A DNA stretch of 55,122 bases, the filler included, from Sphacelaria rigidula (taxonomy: Eukaryota): NCBI GenBank assembly GCA_964200075.2. It is 6 parts of 6 records of this genome, joined end to end, with 100 filler letters (N's around TTAATTAATTAA, not from the genome) between each part and the next. Parts side by side here need not be neighbours in the genome. Positions count along the whole stretch, not along the records: positions 27,616 to 36,718 come from CAXNAA020009290.1; positions 36,819 to 45,920 come from CAXNAA020009291.1; positions 46,021 to 55,122 come from CAXNAA020009292.1; 3 more parts are not named here. The stretch is one strand, 5' to 3'. The position numbers were made by a program, and so were the translations under genes. Under the pieces are notes generated by a model. That model worked only from the letters and a program-made list of their open reading frames with translations. It made no database searches and was not told the DNA's origin. The stretch's first letter is position 1, and each line of letters begins with the position of its first letter. Below are positions 36,020-48,270 of this stretch, in pieces.

Positions 36020-36505
36020 CCCGTATTTACCGGGGCATCCAATACCCCGAATTCAGCGTTACGGTAGGTATGCGTTTTTTCACTACCCGATTGAGCGGGT
36101 TCCGTAGTTGTTAGAATCTCGAGAAACCGTGGTATCGTAGGTGTTGTCGGTACACGAGCTTTGCAAATACGAAAATACCCGATTGAGGGAGTACCGTAAG
36201 TATCCCTATATTGAAATATCATGAATAAATTCGGTGGCATCGTGGGTGACGTAGGATGGGGTTTGAAAATACACGATTGAGCGGGTGCGGTAGGTATTGA
36301 AATGTACGAATACTGTGGTTTCGTGGGTATCGTAGGTGTGGGATTTGAAAATACCTCGGTTGGGCGGGAATGTACGGCACGTATTAACATATTGAAACAC
36401 CGTCGTATCGTGGGTATCGTACGTATGTAACAGTGGGGAAATATCCGATTGCACCTGTATCGGTGGATTTAAGATGTCCCGAATACAAGTACCGGATACC
36501 TACGT
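36020..36505. repeat. GGTACGGTAGGTA-rich repeat, diverged copy
   Basis: Recurrent aaatacccgattgagcggg and ggtatcgtagg motifs, as at 32213-32488. Confidence 0.65.
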
Positions 36506-36640
36506 TACATACGGTGCATATAATATATTTGTGGTCGAGCTCATCCACCCCACACTCTCCCATAAATCCCTACAGGCTGATTCAGATTGAACGCACAAAA
36601 TTTACACTCCGGGAATCCCTCACGCCGTTTTTTCGAGTTA

Positions 36641-36700
36641 GGCCGTTTCTTCCGGTTGGTTATTTCCTCCCGTTATTTGCAAATAACGAGTGAAAATAAC
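36641..36700 (+). mobile_element. Truncated terminus of a Tourist-like MITE
   Basis: TTA|GGCCGTTTCTTCCGGTT, matching the TIR at 33414. Confidence 0.6.
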
Positions 36701-36718
36701 AAGATGGCTACGTACGGT

Positions 36719-36818
36719 NNNNNNNNNNNNNNNNNNNNNNNNNNNNNNNNNNNNNNNNNNNNTTAATTAATTAANNNNNNNNNNNNNNNNNNNNNNNNNN
36801 NNNNNNNNNNNNNNNNNN
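36719..36818. other. Artificial scaffold linker
   Basis: Same 100-nt N/TTAATTAATTAA structure. Confidence 0.99.
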
Positions 36819-38118
36819 CCCGGCTTTGTAGGGATGCGAGGTCAATGGTATGATGACTATGGCAAGCATGATCATGAGTACACCCCCCATGAGTTGAAAA
36901 TCGGCCTCTGGCGGCGACAGCGGATCTGCTCCTCCGCGGAAGGACCCCCGCGGGAGAGGAGACGTGTGTCACTGGGGAATGAATGATATCTGGCGCTTCG
37001 ATGGCTTCGAAAACAAGGGTTTTTCACACGGGAGGCGCTTGAACACAGGATACATACTTCGTGGTAGAATCGACACTGTTGCAGAATCGGCCCTTCTTGT
37101 GTTATTTGTCAAACGATTCACCCCCCTCCTTCCTCAGAACGAGTTCGTAATCTCTGGGTTCACCCGTTTCTCCCACAGTACTTGCCTGGCCATGGAAAAT
37201 CGAACATCGGATGATGACCACTCTTGTAGTATTGTAGTCCGTCGTCTTTCGTCGAATTCGATTATCGCTTGCTCCCGTCCTGACGCCTGTAGACGGAGGA
37301 AAGACATGACAACACATTTCTGACGGTTTTGGGCCCGCGAAGTCCGCGGTGACATGTTTTTTTTGCACGCTTATGCTTCATTCATCTCCCAGTTTGCACT
37401 CTTACATGGTGGAAACGCTCACGAGAACACCCTCTCTTCGACACAACGCCTTAGATTTTCACCCGCCCGCGCCCCCCCAACCCACCGCAGCAGCGTAGCA
37501 GCATGTATTAATATAATAGCACACACTGGTGATAATTATACATCAGGTTTCACCGAAATGCCGTTATCAGCAGGAATCAGAGGGCGTTTCCGCTTCTGCT
37601 TCGAGTGCTGGCATTTGAAAGTTTGAAGACTACAACAGCTTTGTTCAGTAAACCATTCAAAAGTTTTCTTCGCCGCCAAATATTCACGACGCGGAAATTC
37701 GATCACGAGCGAGCAGTCCCAGATTCAGACATCAAATATCCACCTTGTGAAGAATGATGTATTTGTAGGGCTCGACTTCGCCGTAGCGAATTGCTTGTGG
37801 AATTGCCCCTGGAGTGGATGGGCTTGCAAGAGGCTGGAGTTCTGGAGACCTCCGATGTGATCATGACAGGAATATGCCAAATACAGTCGACCTCTGGTCC
37901 AGTGATCCTTCACTAGCCCAGGGGTCGACTGTCCACTTCGTGAACATCCGACTGTCGTCCTCGGGCTGAAGCAGTGCCCACAACCCCCAGAAGAACTCAC
38001 GATCCTAAAAGTTGAATCAACCGCTAGATGAACGTCCAAAGCATCCTTCGGAGCTATTTAGGCGTCACCAAACCCTCAACGCAGCGCATCTCCGGCCCAA
38101 CGCAGTAAAGTCCACCGG

Positions 38119-38437
38119 CGTTGGGCTACAAATATTCATGGTTCATATCACTCGATTTAAGTGTGTACAATGAGAATCGGATGTTCGGTAGGGCTGACAG
38201 TCCCGTGTGCTCCTCGCGTGCGCAGAACGCGTTTTCGTTGGAATCGGCGTCTGTCAACAGCCGCCGATGCGGGGTCTACCAAGGCCGCACTTTGCCTAGG
38301 GAATGTATGTACCGCCCTTGGCCGAGGATTCTCGGTATGCGTTGGGTTGGGGTTAGGGTTAGGGGTAGCGATACTTGTAAAATTGTGTCAACCCCGGACA
38401 TTTGTAGTCCAACACCACGGACATTTGTAGCCCAACG
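38119..38437 (+). mobile_element. Repeat family T: inverted-repeat-bounded element with a telomere-like motif
   Basis: Perfect 15-bp IR CGTTGGGCTACAAAT (38119-33) and ATTTGTAGCCCAACG (38423-37); core gttgggttggggttagggttaggg; copies at 50851-51375 (-) and 52147-52458 (+). Confidence 0.8.
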
Positions 38438-39419
38438 ACTCCTTTGATCGCCGGTGCCTGGGACCGGGCAAACTAATGGGTACCCATGAAACCTGACGAG
38501 AGCCTCCAATCTCACCAACGCTGTAACTTACACGTTCGCGTGGGAGCGTCATTACTAGTCGCCCGCGGCAACCCGTACGTCGTGGTCACCACTTTCATTT
38601 GTGCACGTATTCAGCACCACTGCTGGAGCTCGAACTCGACAAAAAGAGGTACACATTCGCGAGGACGGCCACGTCGTCACGTTTCCTGTGCTTGAACTCT
38701 ACAATCCTCCAGCCAAGAAGGCACCCAACACGGTGCACTTCGAGGAAGGACGTGGCACGTACCACTGCAAAGTGCTTGTTACATATATATATATATATAC
38801 ATACATACATACAGGAGTCTACCATCGCACAATGGTGGCGCAGTCGAGTACCTGGCTTTGCAGTGGAGTCGTGGACTACTTGAGTTTAGAGTGACACCAT
38901 GAGGTGTGCGAATCCGCTGTGGTGGCGAAAAGCCCGACCGACCCTCCACATTTGATACCACGCTGTGTTGACATGAGGGCGCCGTGGTCGGCCATGGGCA
39001 CCGTGGATACTCATGAGTTTCCATGTACATATCAACAATCGAATTCCTAAAAATATAGAGCCCTTTTATCGAGAGCGATTTTCCGTTTTCCCCCTCTGAA
39101 CACCTTTTGTTTTTTACGACTAGGTATGAGTGTGGCTGCGCGCGAGACCTTTTTCGATCGAAGTCATGTAGCAGAGACCGGTAATTTCTTTTCTTCTTTT
39201 TCTGATTTTTTTTTTTCTCAGTCTATTCCTTTGTTCTGTGACACCTTTTGACTGGTTCCCTATTTTTCCTTCAGCGCGTCTTTTTAGCTCTGGTTTGTCT
39301 CCGGTACGGCTATCATGTGTCCACCGCTGGATCCCTGGGAGGGTCAGTCAAAGTGCGATAATCAAATAAAATATCAAATATAATCAATCACACGACACGT
39401 TCATATGTTCCACACGTCG

Positions 39420-39562
39420 GCAGACTCGGCTCGTTAAGGTTATTGTTTAATATTATTGACCACGGGTTCGCGAGATCGGACTAATGTGTGGAAATATTAA
39501 TAATCATAATAATAAGAAGAATGAATAAGAATAAGAATAAGAATAATAAGAATATTAATAAG
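39420..39562 (+). repeat. Probable non-LTR retroelement 3' end with an (AAT/AAG)-rich tail
   Basis: gaccacgggttc followed by a simple-repeat tail; the same motif precedes a (GAA)n tail on the minus strand at 52461-52540. Confidence 0.45.
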
Positions 39563-39810
39563 AAAAACACGCCGGCAGACTGGGTTCGTCAAGTCATATT
39601 GCTGAGATAATTGTTGAGTCCTTGAGTCCGCTTTTCTCGAAAATGCGACGTCGCAAATATTGAGGTAGCTGACAAGACGAGATACAATCAGCCTCAAACT
39701 CTATTCGCGACACAAATATCTCACCCGTCCTGGACTACGTTTGTTCAGCCGCACTCGTGCCGCAAACCATATCATGCTCGATTGTTCCACGTTGTGACGC
39801 TCTAACATAG

Positions 39811-39894
39811 GTTCTTTCGAGGGCGAATCTTGACGCTGCGGCGGCGACTCAGGTTAAGGGAAACGTGGAGAACGTTTTGGAGCAAAAGAGCCGG
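39811..39894 (+). CDS. GAS8: GAS8/DRC4 (dynein regulatory complex subunit 4) homologue, penultimate exon
   Basis: CATAG acceptor and GTGAGT donor; 84 nt, phase 0; VLSRANLDAAAATQVKGNVENVLEQKSR resembles GAS8 VLAASNLDP...LEDVLESKN; absent from the ORF track. Confidence 0.85.
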
Positions 39895-40407
39895 GTGAGT
39901 TGCGCTGTTAGCCTCTGATTGCGGCTGCTACCGGTGATCCGCCGCCTGAAACCTGGCGCTTGTGGTTTTCAGATTCTAGCTATCCCGTGATCTCGACGAC
40001 ACGAGGATAGACTGGTGCCCGGGGCTCTCTTTTTGTACCCTCTATAGGATGAGCTTCATTGCTACTCAGTAGAGCTGTCGCCGGCTGTCACAAAAGTGAG
40101 GGACTCATACTAGCGACAGGTGTGTTTCCAATGTCGGATGATACGCAATTACGTTGAGTATGCACTAAACAACCCGCTCACCGCGGCCACCCGAGAAAAG
40201 AGCTACCGGAAAAAACACGGAATGAGTGGCACAAAATACATCGTGTCAGTAGCCCCCCGTTCCCTGACAGAAGTTGCTCACGTAACGTAGGGTGATTAAA
40301 TTGTCTACATCCGCGTATGGCTATGCAGAAGTGGCTATGATTTGCTACTGGATACTTGACGTTTTTTGCCCCTCCTCCTCCAAACCTTCCCCTTCCTTTT
40401 TCTGCAG

Positions 40408-40674
40408 GTGATCGCCGACCTCGAGCAGGAGGTATCACGCGTAGCGACCGCCCACGCTAGACTAGTACGAGCTGCTGAGCGCAAACTGCGGGATTTCGGT
40501 ATCCCGACGGAAGAGCTAGGCTTTCTACCCGTTGTATCGAGCACGCCAGGGGGTGGGAGAGGGGCGCGCAGATCAGTCGAAGTAGGAGAGAGAATGGCGG
40601 GAGCGGAAAGGCAGAGCGTAGGTAGAGATCGGGTGCTAGATGTAATGGTTAGTCGGTCCACAGTCAAGGCTTGA
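40408..40674 (+). CDS. GAS8: GAS8/DRC4 homologue, last coding exon
   Basis: Polypyrimidine tract plus CTGCAG acceptor, in phase with the upstream exon; VIADLEQEVSRVATAHARLVRAAERKLRDFGIPTEELGFLP matches the GAS8 C-terminal pattern IxDLxxEL...AH..L......KL..FGIP...GF.P; ends in TGA. Confidence 0.88.
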   Translation: MIADLEQEVSRVATAHARLVRAAERKLRDFGIPTEELGFLPVVSSTPGGGRGARRSVEVGERMAGAERQSVGRDRVLDVMVSRSTVKA

Positions 40675-42299
40675 CGTCCTTATGGAGGCTGCCAAGGGGT
40701 GACTGGCATCCGTTTTGGAAACACGGAAGGATCTTGCATGAGTCCGCACACTCGATATAATCGATTGGGCCATTATTGAATTCCAGCAACTGGAGAATAT
40801 CTGCCCATCGATTTGGTTGCTTGATGGGCATACTGTTCGCGCGTTTCGTCCACTTACTGTGTCTTGGGTTAACCATCCCCGTGCTTGGGGTTGTGCACTC
40901 GCTGGACGCAGTCGACGCAGATCCTTCCGTCGCGCGACAGGGCGTACGTAATCTTTGGAGAATCTCGACAGCCCGCCGGTAGCGAGAGGTACACCACGAG
41001 TGTGCAACCCGTTTCGACATACTTATGGTTTCCTCGGCACGTGCTTCTGAACCATGTTGGACACTACATCAAACGTTAACTGAACGTACTTCATGTGCCG
41101 TGAATCTTGTAGTATTTACCAAAGTTGCAAGTACATGTGCATAGTTTTGTACTTGCATGTTGCGTGAACCCCGATGTGTAGAGGAATATACCTAGCGTCA
41201 CGTGGAAACCGTGCACATATGATTTTCAGTTTCTTTGTACACTTACGCTCCTGGCGTGAGAACGGTAAGGACGGAAGTATGCGGGGATGGGCGTGCTTCT
41301 CCCGGAGTTGAGCGGGGCACGTCTCCTCTCCGCCTTGGTACATGGACCTGAACCCCCCACCTCAACGGGTCTCCCGCGGGCAGTTTCCCTGCTTCTGCGA
41401 GGGTTGGTGCGCTGATTCGATGGCGGTAACTTCGGTGTGTTTTGTCCCGACACCGACGCACTGGAGACGTCACAGGTCGCGTCCTCCCTGCTCGATCGAC
41501 TTCCTACCTTTTTACGCTCTGCACTCCGCCGGTCGTTACGTCCCTTCACCACCCCTTGGTGTTCTACAGTTGCGCCTTTAGCGATCGCGTCCGGCGCCCC
41601 CGAGTCACTGAAAAGTGCAATCGCCGTGTGTTTCCCGTAGCTCTGGGGACTTAACCCCTTTCCCACTGCGCCTCCGTAGCCGACGTGTCCCCCCGGCGAT
41701 TCACCTCAGATTTCTCACCGGTGCTATACGTTCGGAGGCTGTCGAGCGAGATCTGCTCTCAACCGCGGGTGTGGCATCTGTCGGATGGGATGGCGACCCG
41801 AGGGACATAGGAGCTTCACCACCCGTTCGGGGGAGATGGAACAACGGTGACGACGTGCAAGGAAGGTGTCAGCTGTCTGTTCTGTTCAGAATTGCAAGCG
41901 TCGGAGTCGGGGGTTCATGTGAAGCTCCGTCATGCACTCATCTGTACGTTCTCAAGTTCGTTCAAAAGCCACAACCATCATCGGAAATACGTACAAAGCA
42001 GCACGATGCGTGCGATCTGCAGCAATTATGATTCGGGGGGTATAACTGCAGTGAACTCGTGGTGATCTTATATCGGAATCGATTTTGGTGTCGTGTGTCA
42101 CGTTCGGACTTCCCTGACCGACGTTTAAGCAGGCATCCAGGTGTTGAATCGCACGAGTGAGCCTTCAGGATCCTCCAAGTCTACCGTTGGTGAATGTCCG
42201 GGAGGGTGGGTAGGTGGAAGGTCGAATATCAATGCTCTCGATCCAACGTGTCTTGCATCGTGCGGGCCTCTCATGCTGTGCTGGTACACGGCAACGGAC

Positions 42300-42323
42300 T
42301 TGTGTGTGTGTGTGTGTGTGTGT
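42300..42323. repeat. (TG)n microsatellite
   Basis: Seen directly. Confidence 0.95.
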
Positions 42324-44067
42324 TTTTCTATGAAACATCATGTCGAGTAAATCCCGTGACGGACGGAGATATCCCTACTTAAGTCCATACGAAACTCCGA
42401 ACAGTATACTCGGCGGATGATGATGACTTTGGGTATGAAGCAGCACGGAGGAAAGATCGATACCCTCACCTTCACCTCGTCCGCCATCTATCTAAGGATA
42501 TGGCGCACATTGTACTCTGTACTCACTCAGTATACATTGGAAGTAGCGGAACTAAGTACACCAAATCTGGGTTTCACGTCTCTAGCTTTGAGAGTTGTGT
42601 TTTGAAATCTGGAATGAAGCATCGCGAGGTCAGAACGAAATAGAAAATTCCACACATTGTGATATTTCCCTTCATGAGTTGAACACTTTCGTGAAAATCG
42701 ATGAGGCCTTTCCCCTTTACTCGTAGCACACACAATATTATGGATTTCTAAGCTCAGGTTTTGGAGTTGTGCTTTGAAATTCAGTATGGAGGATCGCAAG
42801 AGCAAAATGGCAGCAAAACAAGTGAGGATCCTGGAAAATGGGAACGAAATGTTGTTATGCGAACCATTAAAAAATGAGCCTCGACATTGTGCGGAAAGAT
42901 CAACTCCCCTCCCCCCCCGCCGCCGGCCTCGTTTTATTTTTTTAACCTCAGTTTTTCCCTTCCCCGGCCTCGACTACTTCATCATTCTTCTCCCCGCCCC
43001 CCCTCCTGTCAACTTCAATATTGTGCAATGTTCGGGTTTTGCGAAATCTTACCCCTCCCCACATCAGATTGCACGGCCAATACTTTTCGAGTTCCTATCC
43101 TACCCTGTACTGTCTGTTTTCGAACGTCCTTTCTACGAGAGTGTAAGCGTACTCAAGGATGAAAGCAAGGCAACATATCTTAACGGTTACCTCATCGCGG
43201 TGAAGAGCCGTACCAGGAGGTTGCGGGTCTCTCAAGGATACCCCAAGAGTACCATATCCCGCAAATTTCACCGTGATCAACTTTTTATCATTTCATGTAA
43301 GGTGGCATGCACATCTGAGTATTTGCACGTTTCCGGATGTGTCGACGTATGTGTGACTCGACAAGTACACCACAATGTTAACGCGTGACAGCTCCACCCC
43401 CGCTGTGCTCGACGAGTTTACACCACCCTTGTGATGAGTCCTCCTCTCAGGTTCTATGCCCCACCCGCGTCCGTTGAAGTTCACTGGGGGCATGCTGCGT
43501 AGGAAGCTCCCACCCCAGTTTTCCAACACCGCATCGGGCTCACTGACGTGCTTCTAACAGGCGTCTAAGTCTGGGCAGCAGCGGAAAGGCTTACACCTGA
43601 GTACCCGGAACACGCCCACTCTCCTAGAAAGTACCTTCAAAAGGCAGACAGCATACAGTACTAAAACCCAGAAACGATGGCCATGTAAACTGCTTCAGGG
43701 GGGTGGGATCTTGCACAACCCTAGCACCAACAAAGGTAGAGAGCTACTGGGGGTCAGGGGAGAGGGAACCAAAGAAAAATAAGGCCGGGAGAAAAAACCT
43801 TGAAGTCGACGAGAAAAAGAAACGAGGGCGGCGGGATCGGGGGTGTACTCGTGATCTTGCATGCCGTAGTTTTATGACCATTGACCTCGCATCCCTACAG
43901 AGCCGGGACGGCGCACGCCGATTTTTCGCTGGACCAGGCTCGCAACCAATCACCGAGCGCCAAGAGCCGTGGTGTGTTGGGCGAGTCGCACGAAGGCTGA
44001 GCTGCATCCTGCGAAGATTGTTCGGCCCGAAGCGCATTGGTTATCTTACATTTGGATGATAGCCTCC

Positions 44068-44512
44068 AAACAGCCAATCATCGAATTGAGGGTGGAGCTT
44101 TTCATTGAGGATGAGAACCCGGAGGATTAAAATCTTCGTATTCACACCAAACCGTCGAAATATGCTTCCATTGCTTCGCCTACTAGTGGCTATTGACAAC
44201 TGCTACACGCCCTACAGATTTTGATTTTGATAACCAAAAATTCGGGGTCCTAGATGAAGAAACAAGTTTCGGGAATAAAGGTGATCCGATCGGATGGTTG
44301 AAATTGCCCGAAATTGGTTTTTCACCGAGGACCCCAGCATTTCGGTTATGGAAATCCAAATTTGTATGACGTGTAGCACTTGTCAATATCTACCAGTAGG
44401 TGAAGGAATGGATCCATATTTCGAAGATTTCGTGCGGATACGAAGACTTAAATCCTCCGGATTCCCATCCTCAATGAAAAGCCCAATCCTCGATTTCGAT
44501 GATCGGCTGTTT
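44068..44512. repeat. Long imperfect palindrome (foldback MITE-like)
   Basis: Inverted arms of about 210 bp: aaacagccaatcatcga.../...tcgatgatcggctgttt; termini and TSD not resolved. Confidence 0.85.
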
Positions 44513-45920
44513 CCAATAGTTTGCTTCATGTTCTGATATAGACACTTTCATAGACAGCCATTGCTTCCACACTGTCTCATGGGTGTGTCATCATTTTGAC
44601 ACTACGTTTAATGATCATTCCCTTTGTGCGGAAGCGAGGTTTTCCGCCCCGCAGAGTATGTGATGTGACTTGACCACAATCATGGTTACCGCAAGAAAAC
44701 GCACCCGTGCAAAACAAAATCGGTAACTCGGTTGCCTAGCTTACGCAGTGAGTGACGTGTTTTACAACGTCATTGCCGACCGAAACCAACTCCGTAGGGG
44801 GCCTGGCCCTACAAAGTCGGGACGGAGCACGCCGGGTTTTCGCCGGACCAGGCTAATGATCGGGGGGCAGGGGTGCACTCATGATCATGCATGCCATAAT
44901 CATCAGACCATTGACCTCGATCGGGGGGCGGGGGGGGGGCGAGTGAACTTTTGGCACAATTGTAACCACCATTTGATGTTTTCGTTCCCATAATAGAAGT
45001 TCGTCCCCGTCGCAAAAGTTTGCTTGCATAAAAACAGTCCGTTGCCATGTTTTAGGATCCCGATCCCCAGTTAAACGTTTGGAACCTCGAGATTTTCTTG
45101 GCTTCATGAGTTGAGGATGATCTCGTAAATATCTGTTGTTCCTCTTGCACTAGAACGTCCTGGTCTCATGAAAAAAAACTCGACATTCCGCAGAGTTGTT
45201 TGTCACTGTTTTACCCTCGCAATTCTCCACAGTACACAAAATTCAAAGCACAACTCTCAAAACCGAGCTGCTAAATGATCCACAACATACAGCTCCGTTT
45301 CTAGCCTGACCCAGCCTATGAATTTGCAATCCTCGCTTCAATTTTGAGAGCTGCACTTCAAAATATGATACGAAGAATCACCAGGGCAGTGGCAAGAGGT
45401 TTTTTGAGAAATGATATCTATTTTTTCATAGCGTAGTGGGAGGCATTTTTATGAAAACTGAAGCTTGTTTTGTTGCGTTCAACCCATGAAGAAAAAATGC
45501 CCAGGTTCCAAAAGCCTGTTTCCTACGATGTCCTAGCGATTCTCAATATCAAATCTTCGAGCGCAACTCTCAAAACTGAGGTACGAAACTGCCTTCAACC
45601 TACAGACCCGCTGGTAGGCTGGCCCGGCTCGGGGTACATGTATTCGTTTTCAGGGCTGTCTCCGACGTCTGCTTACGTCGGGGATGTACCCGGCCAGTAA
45701 AAACCCGACGTGGAATATTCCAGCATGCATGATGGGATATCGTGGCGCTTCTGCCTTGGAATGGAGTATACAAGTTACAGTTGTGTGCCTTGGTTTGTTC
45801 AGACCCCCTACGTATGTGTAGATATGGGTGGGGGAAGGGCATAGCCGGCGTAATCCCGGTGGATTTATTGGCCGTCCGCCCATCCCCCCCCCGCTCGCCC
45901 GCCACACCCCGCTGTCCACC

Positions 45921-46020
45921 NNNNNNNNNNNNNNNNNNNNNNNNNNNNNNNNNNNNNNNNNNNNTTAATTAATTAANNNNNNNNNNNNNNNNNNNNNNNN
46001 NNNNNNNNNNNNNNNNNNNN
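45921..46020. other. Artificial scaffold linker
   Basis: Same 100-nt N/TTAATTAATTAA structure. Confidence 0.99.
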
Positions 46021-47146
46021 TTGCCGCCGTCGCAGTAGCGGGAGCGATACCAGACACGGATCCTGCCTGGCCGGTGGTTTGCGAGCTGTCCGCTCCAGCA
46101 CCACCCATCGAAGTACTACTCCCTCCTACATAAACTGCCCGCCCCGGCATGGACGGGCCAGAAGCGCCTGAGGCAGGTTCTGAAGATGCAGCCGAAGATA
46201 TTGTAGTGGAGGATCCACCATCCGTCGCCTCTCGATTGCCGCCGCGGCCACCGCGCCCGCGTCCACCATGACCTCTACCTCTTCCTTCATGACGACCGCC
46301 GCTGGATCCTGACTGATCTTGCGGACCATTTTGATTAGCGCCCTTGGCGCGAGGCTTGGGACAATCCTTTAAAAGATGTCCATGGTCGCCTCAGTTATAG
46401 CATGCGCGAGTAGATGTCCGTCGCGCAGACCACTGTTGCTGCTGTTGTTGTTTGCGGCGAGATCCACCCGTGTTTGCCCCACCATCACGGCGTTCTACAG
46501 ATTCTACAAGTTTCCCCTTGTCAGCAGCCTCAAATATCGTCTTCATCACTAAAGTCGGGTTTCGTTTTCAACCCTCCTCGTACATCAAGAGAGTCTTGAC
46601 ATGAGCCTTAAACGCCGGAGGCACAATGCTGTCCACCATGGCAATGGAAACTGACTCTGCCGGACCTGGCAGCCAGCTTCTGTCTTGTGTCTTGTACATG
46701 GCTTCGACCGACAATTTTTTCGAAAAATAGTGTTCCAAATTTGAAGTGACTGTCATTGCCCTATCCCGTACAGACAATGGCCCGCCTTGGGCTATCCTGA
46801 GAATGCGCTTGACATCAGCCGCAGCCCGAGTTTTATCCTCTCGGCCACCGGTGGTGGTATATCCAGCATGCTGGTTCACAGCATCTACGAGCTAGGCTGC
46901 GGTCATTGTTCGTCCGTCTGTGTACAGAATTTTGAAACATTGACGAATGTATGCAGGAATTGACTGCCCAACGGGCACTTGCGCGTGTGTCACCCTTCCT
47001 TCTTCATGAGCGATTCGCAACCGCTGTTTGTAATCAAGATAGGCCCCGAAAAACTTGCGACTAGCTGCTTCGTTCCACTCTTCACCATATTGCGGCGGAT
47101 GTAATGTCTCACCCAATACCAGTGGTGTTGCTGTCGCTTGAGCCAT
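46021..47146 (-). pseudogene. Degraded LTR retrotransposon gag running off the contig end
   Basis: ATG at 47146; one frame through ORFs 46892-47284 and 46568-46879 with single stops; CCHC knuckle CYN*GDHGHLLKDC (46361-46402); RGG-rich tract; lies directly downstream of an LTR. Confidence 0.85.
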
Positions 47147-47318
47147 GCCTGACTTGAGCGTCGCCAGCGGAGCTCTCTCCAAACGCTGGTCTTGCTGCAA
47201 GCTGCTCCTCTCGTTTAAACCAAGTGCTCTCAGCACTACTCCTTGGGCACAAACCGTACCGGCTGCCCGTCTCGTAGCGCCCAAACTCCTCCAAATAGAG
47301 TGCCGAGAAAGATCTAGA

Positions 47319-47572
47319 TATTATAGCCTCTGCCAGACGATCTGGACAAGAGGGCTATTCAGTGAGGGACTTCTCCAGAATCCACTGGCCTCACGCTCGA
47401 TTAGAACTTCTCTTAGAGCTTTCATTCACGAAGTAAGCAACAGCAGCCCACTGGCTACACATCAAAGGCTACACGGCGAAGGTCATCATCCACAGTGTAC
47501 CCTGTCACATAATCATCATCCAGTATCCTACACGTTGAGCGCAACGGCTTGGCACCAGTTTGGGCTACAACA
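47319..47572 (-). repeat. 5' LTR (254 bp) of the gag-bearing element
   Basis: Terminal IR TGTTGTAGCC...GGCTATAATA (CA mutated to TA); homologous to the solo LTR at 30998-31260. Confidence 0.8.
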
Positions 47573-47719
47573 TGCACCGTTACTGACCACAGGCAGCTAA
47601 AATTTACTGGGGGTGTTTACTCAATGCCACACTATAGAGAAGGGCTGCTTTTGCGATTAGTGGTGGCGTGATTCAATCAATGATTGTCACTCAAGGACAC
47701 TTCCACCGTTATATCATCA

Positions 47720-48270
47720 GCGAAGTTGATGATCGCCTCGTCCCACTAGTAATAGTCCCGATGGGCTTGAGGCGCATGAAGGGGGGGGAAATGTGGAAGA
47801 CCTCTTTGCAGTGACGTGTCAGACACTGACGCCACACATGTATGAAGAACCAGCGCAAGCAGGGACAATGTAGGAACGGTCCGGGAGGACCTGATTACCG
47901 AGGGCCCTGTAATGCTGGCGTAACTAGACAACTCGGGGTGATGCCAGGAAGAGCCTAATATTAGGACGGTCCAACATCCCCCGAGGTACTGGTCGTCCCT
48001 GGCGACCACTTCTCGTCTGACCCAACTTCTTGCCTACATATACAAGAGGAAATCATCGCCAGCCTCGTTTCCTTCGGCATCAGGACGGCAGTCTCCCCCA
48101 TAGGTCTCTGACTACTCGAGCGATACGCCTTCCTCACAAGATGACGAATTAGGCAAAAGTGGAGGCATTGATCGTTTCCCCGTGCTCCAGGGACTGTCTA
48201 CACCAAAAATCGTCATCATCCGCTGTATATATCGTTCGGGGTTCCATGAAGACTTGAGTATGGACGCCAT
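47720..48270 (-). pseudogene. Possible highly degraded Ty1/Copia reverse transcriptase
   Basis: Weak collinear motifs IYTADDD, DQYL/GMLDRPN, YASITG, RSYIV (RPDIA-like) and IINFAD. Confidence 0.25.

Noticed and set aside
38341..38365. True telomere or chromosome end
   Set aside because: Only 2-4 degenerate units, embedded in a dispersed repeat
40636..41666. Convergent gene on the minus strand overlapping the GAS8 end
   Set aside because: A GTAAGT donor exists at 41246, but I found no in-phase acceptor, the upstream frame has a stop, and no domain is recognisable; it may be 3' UTR
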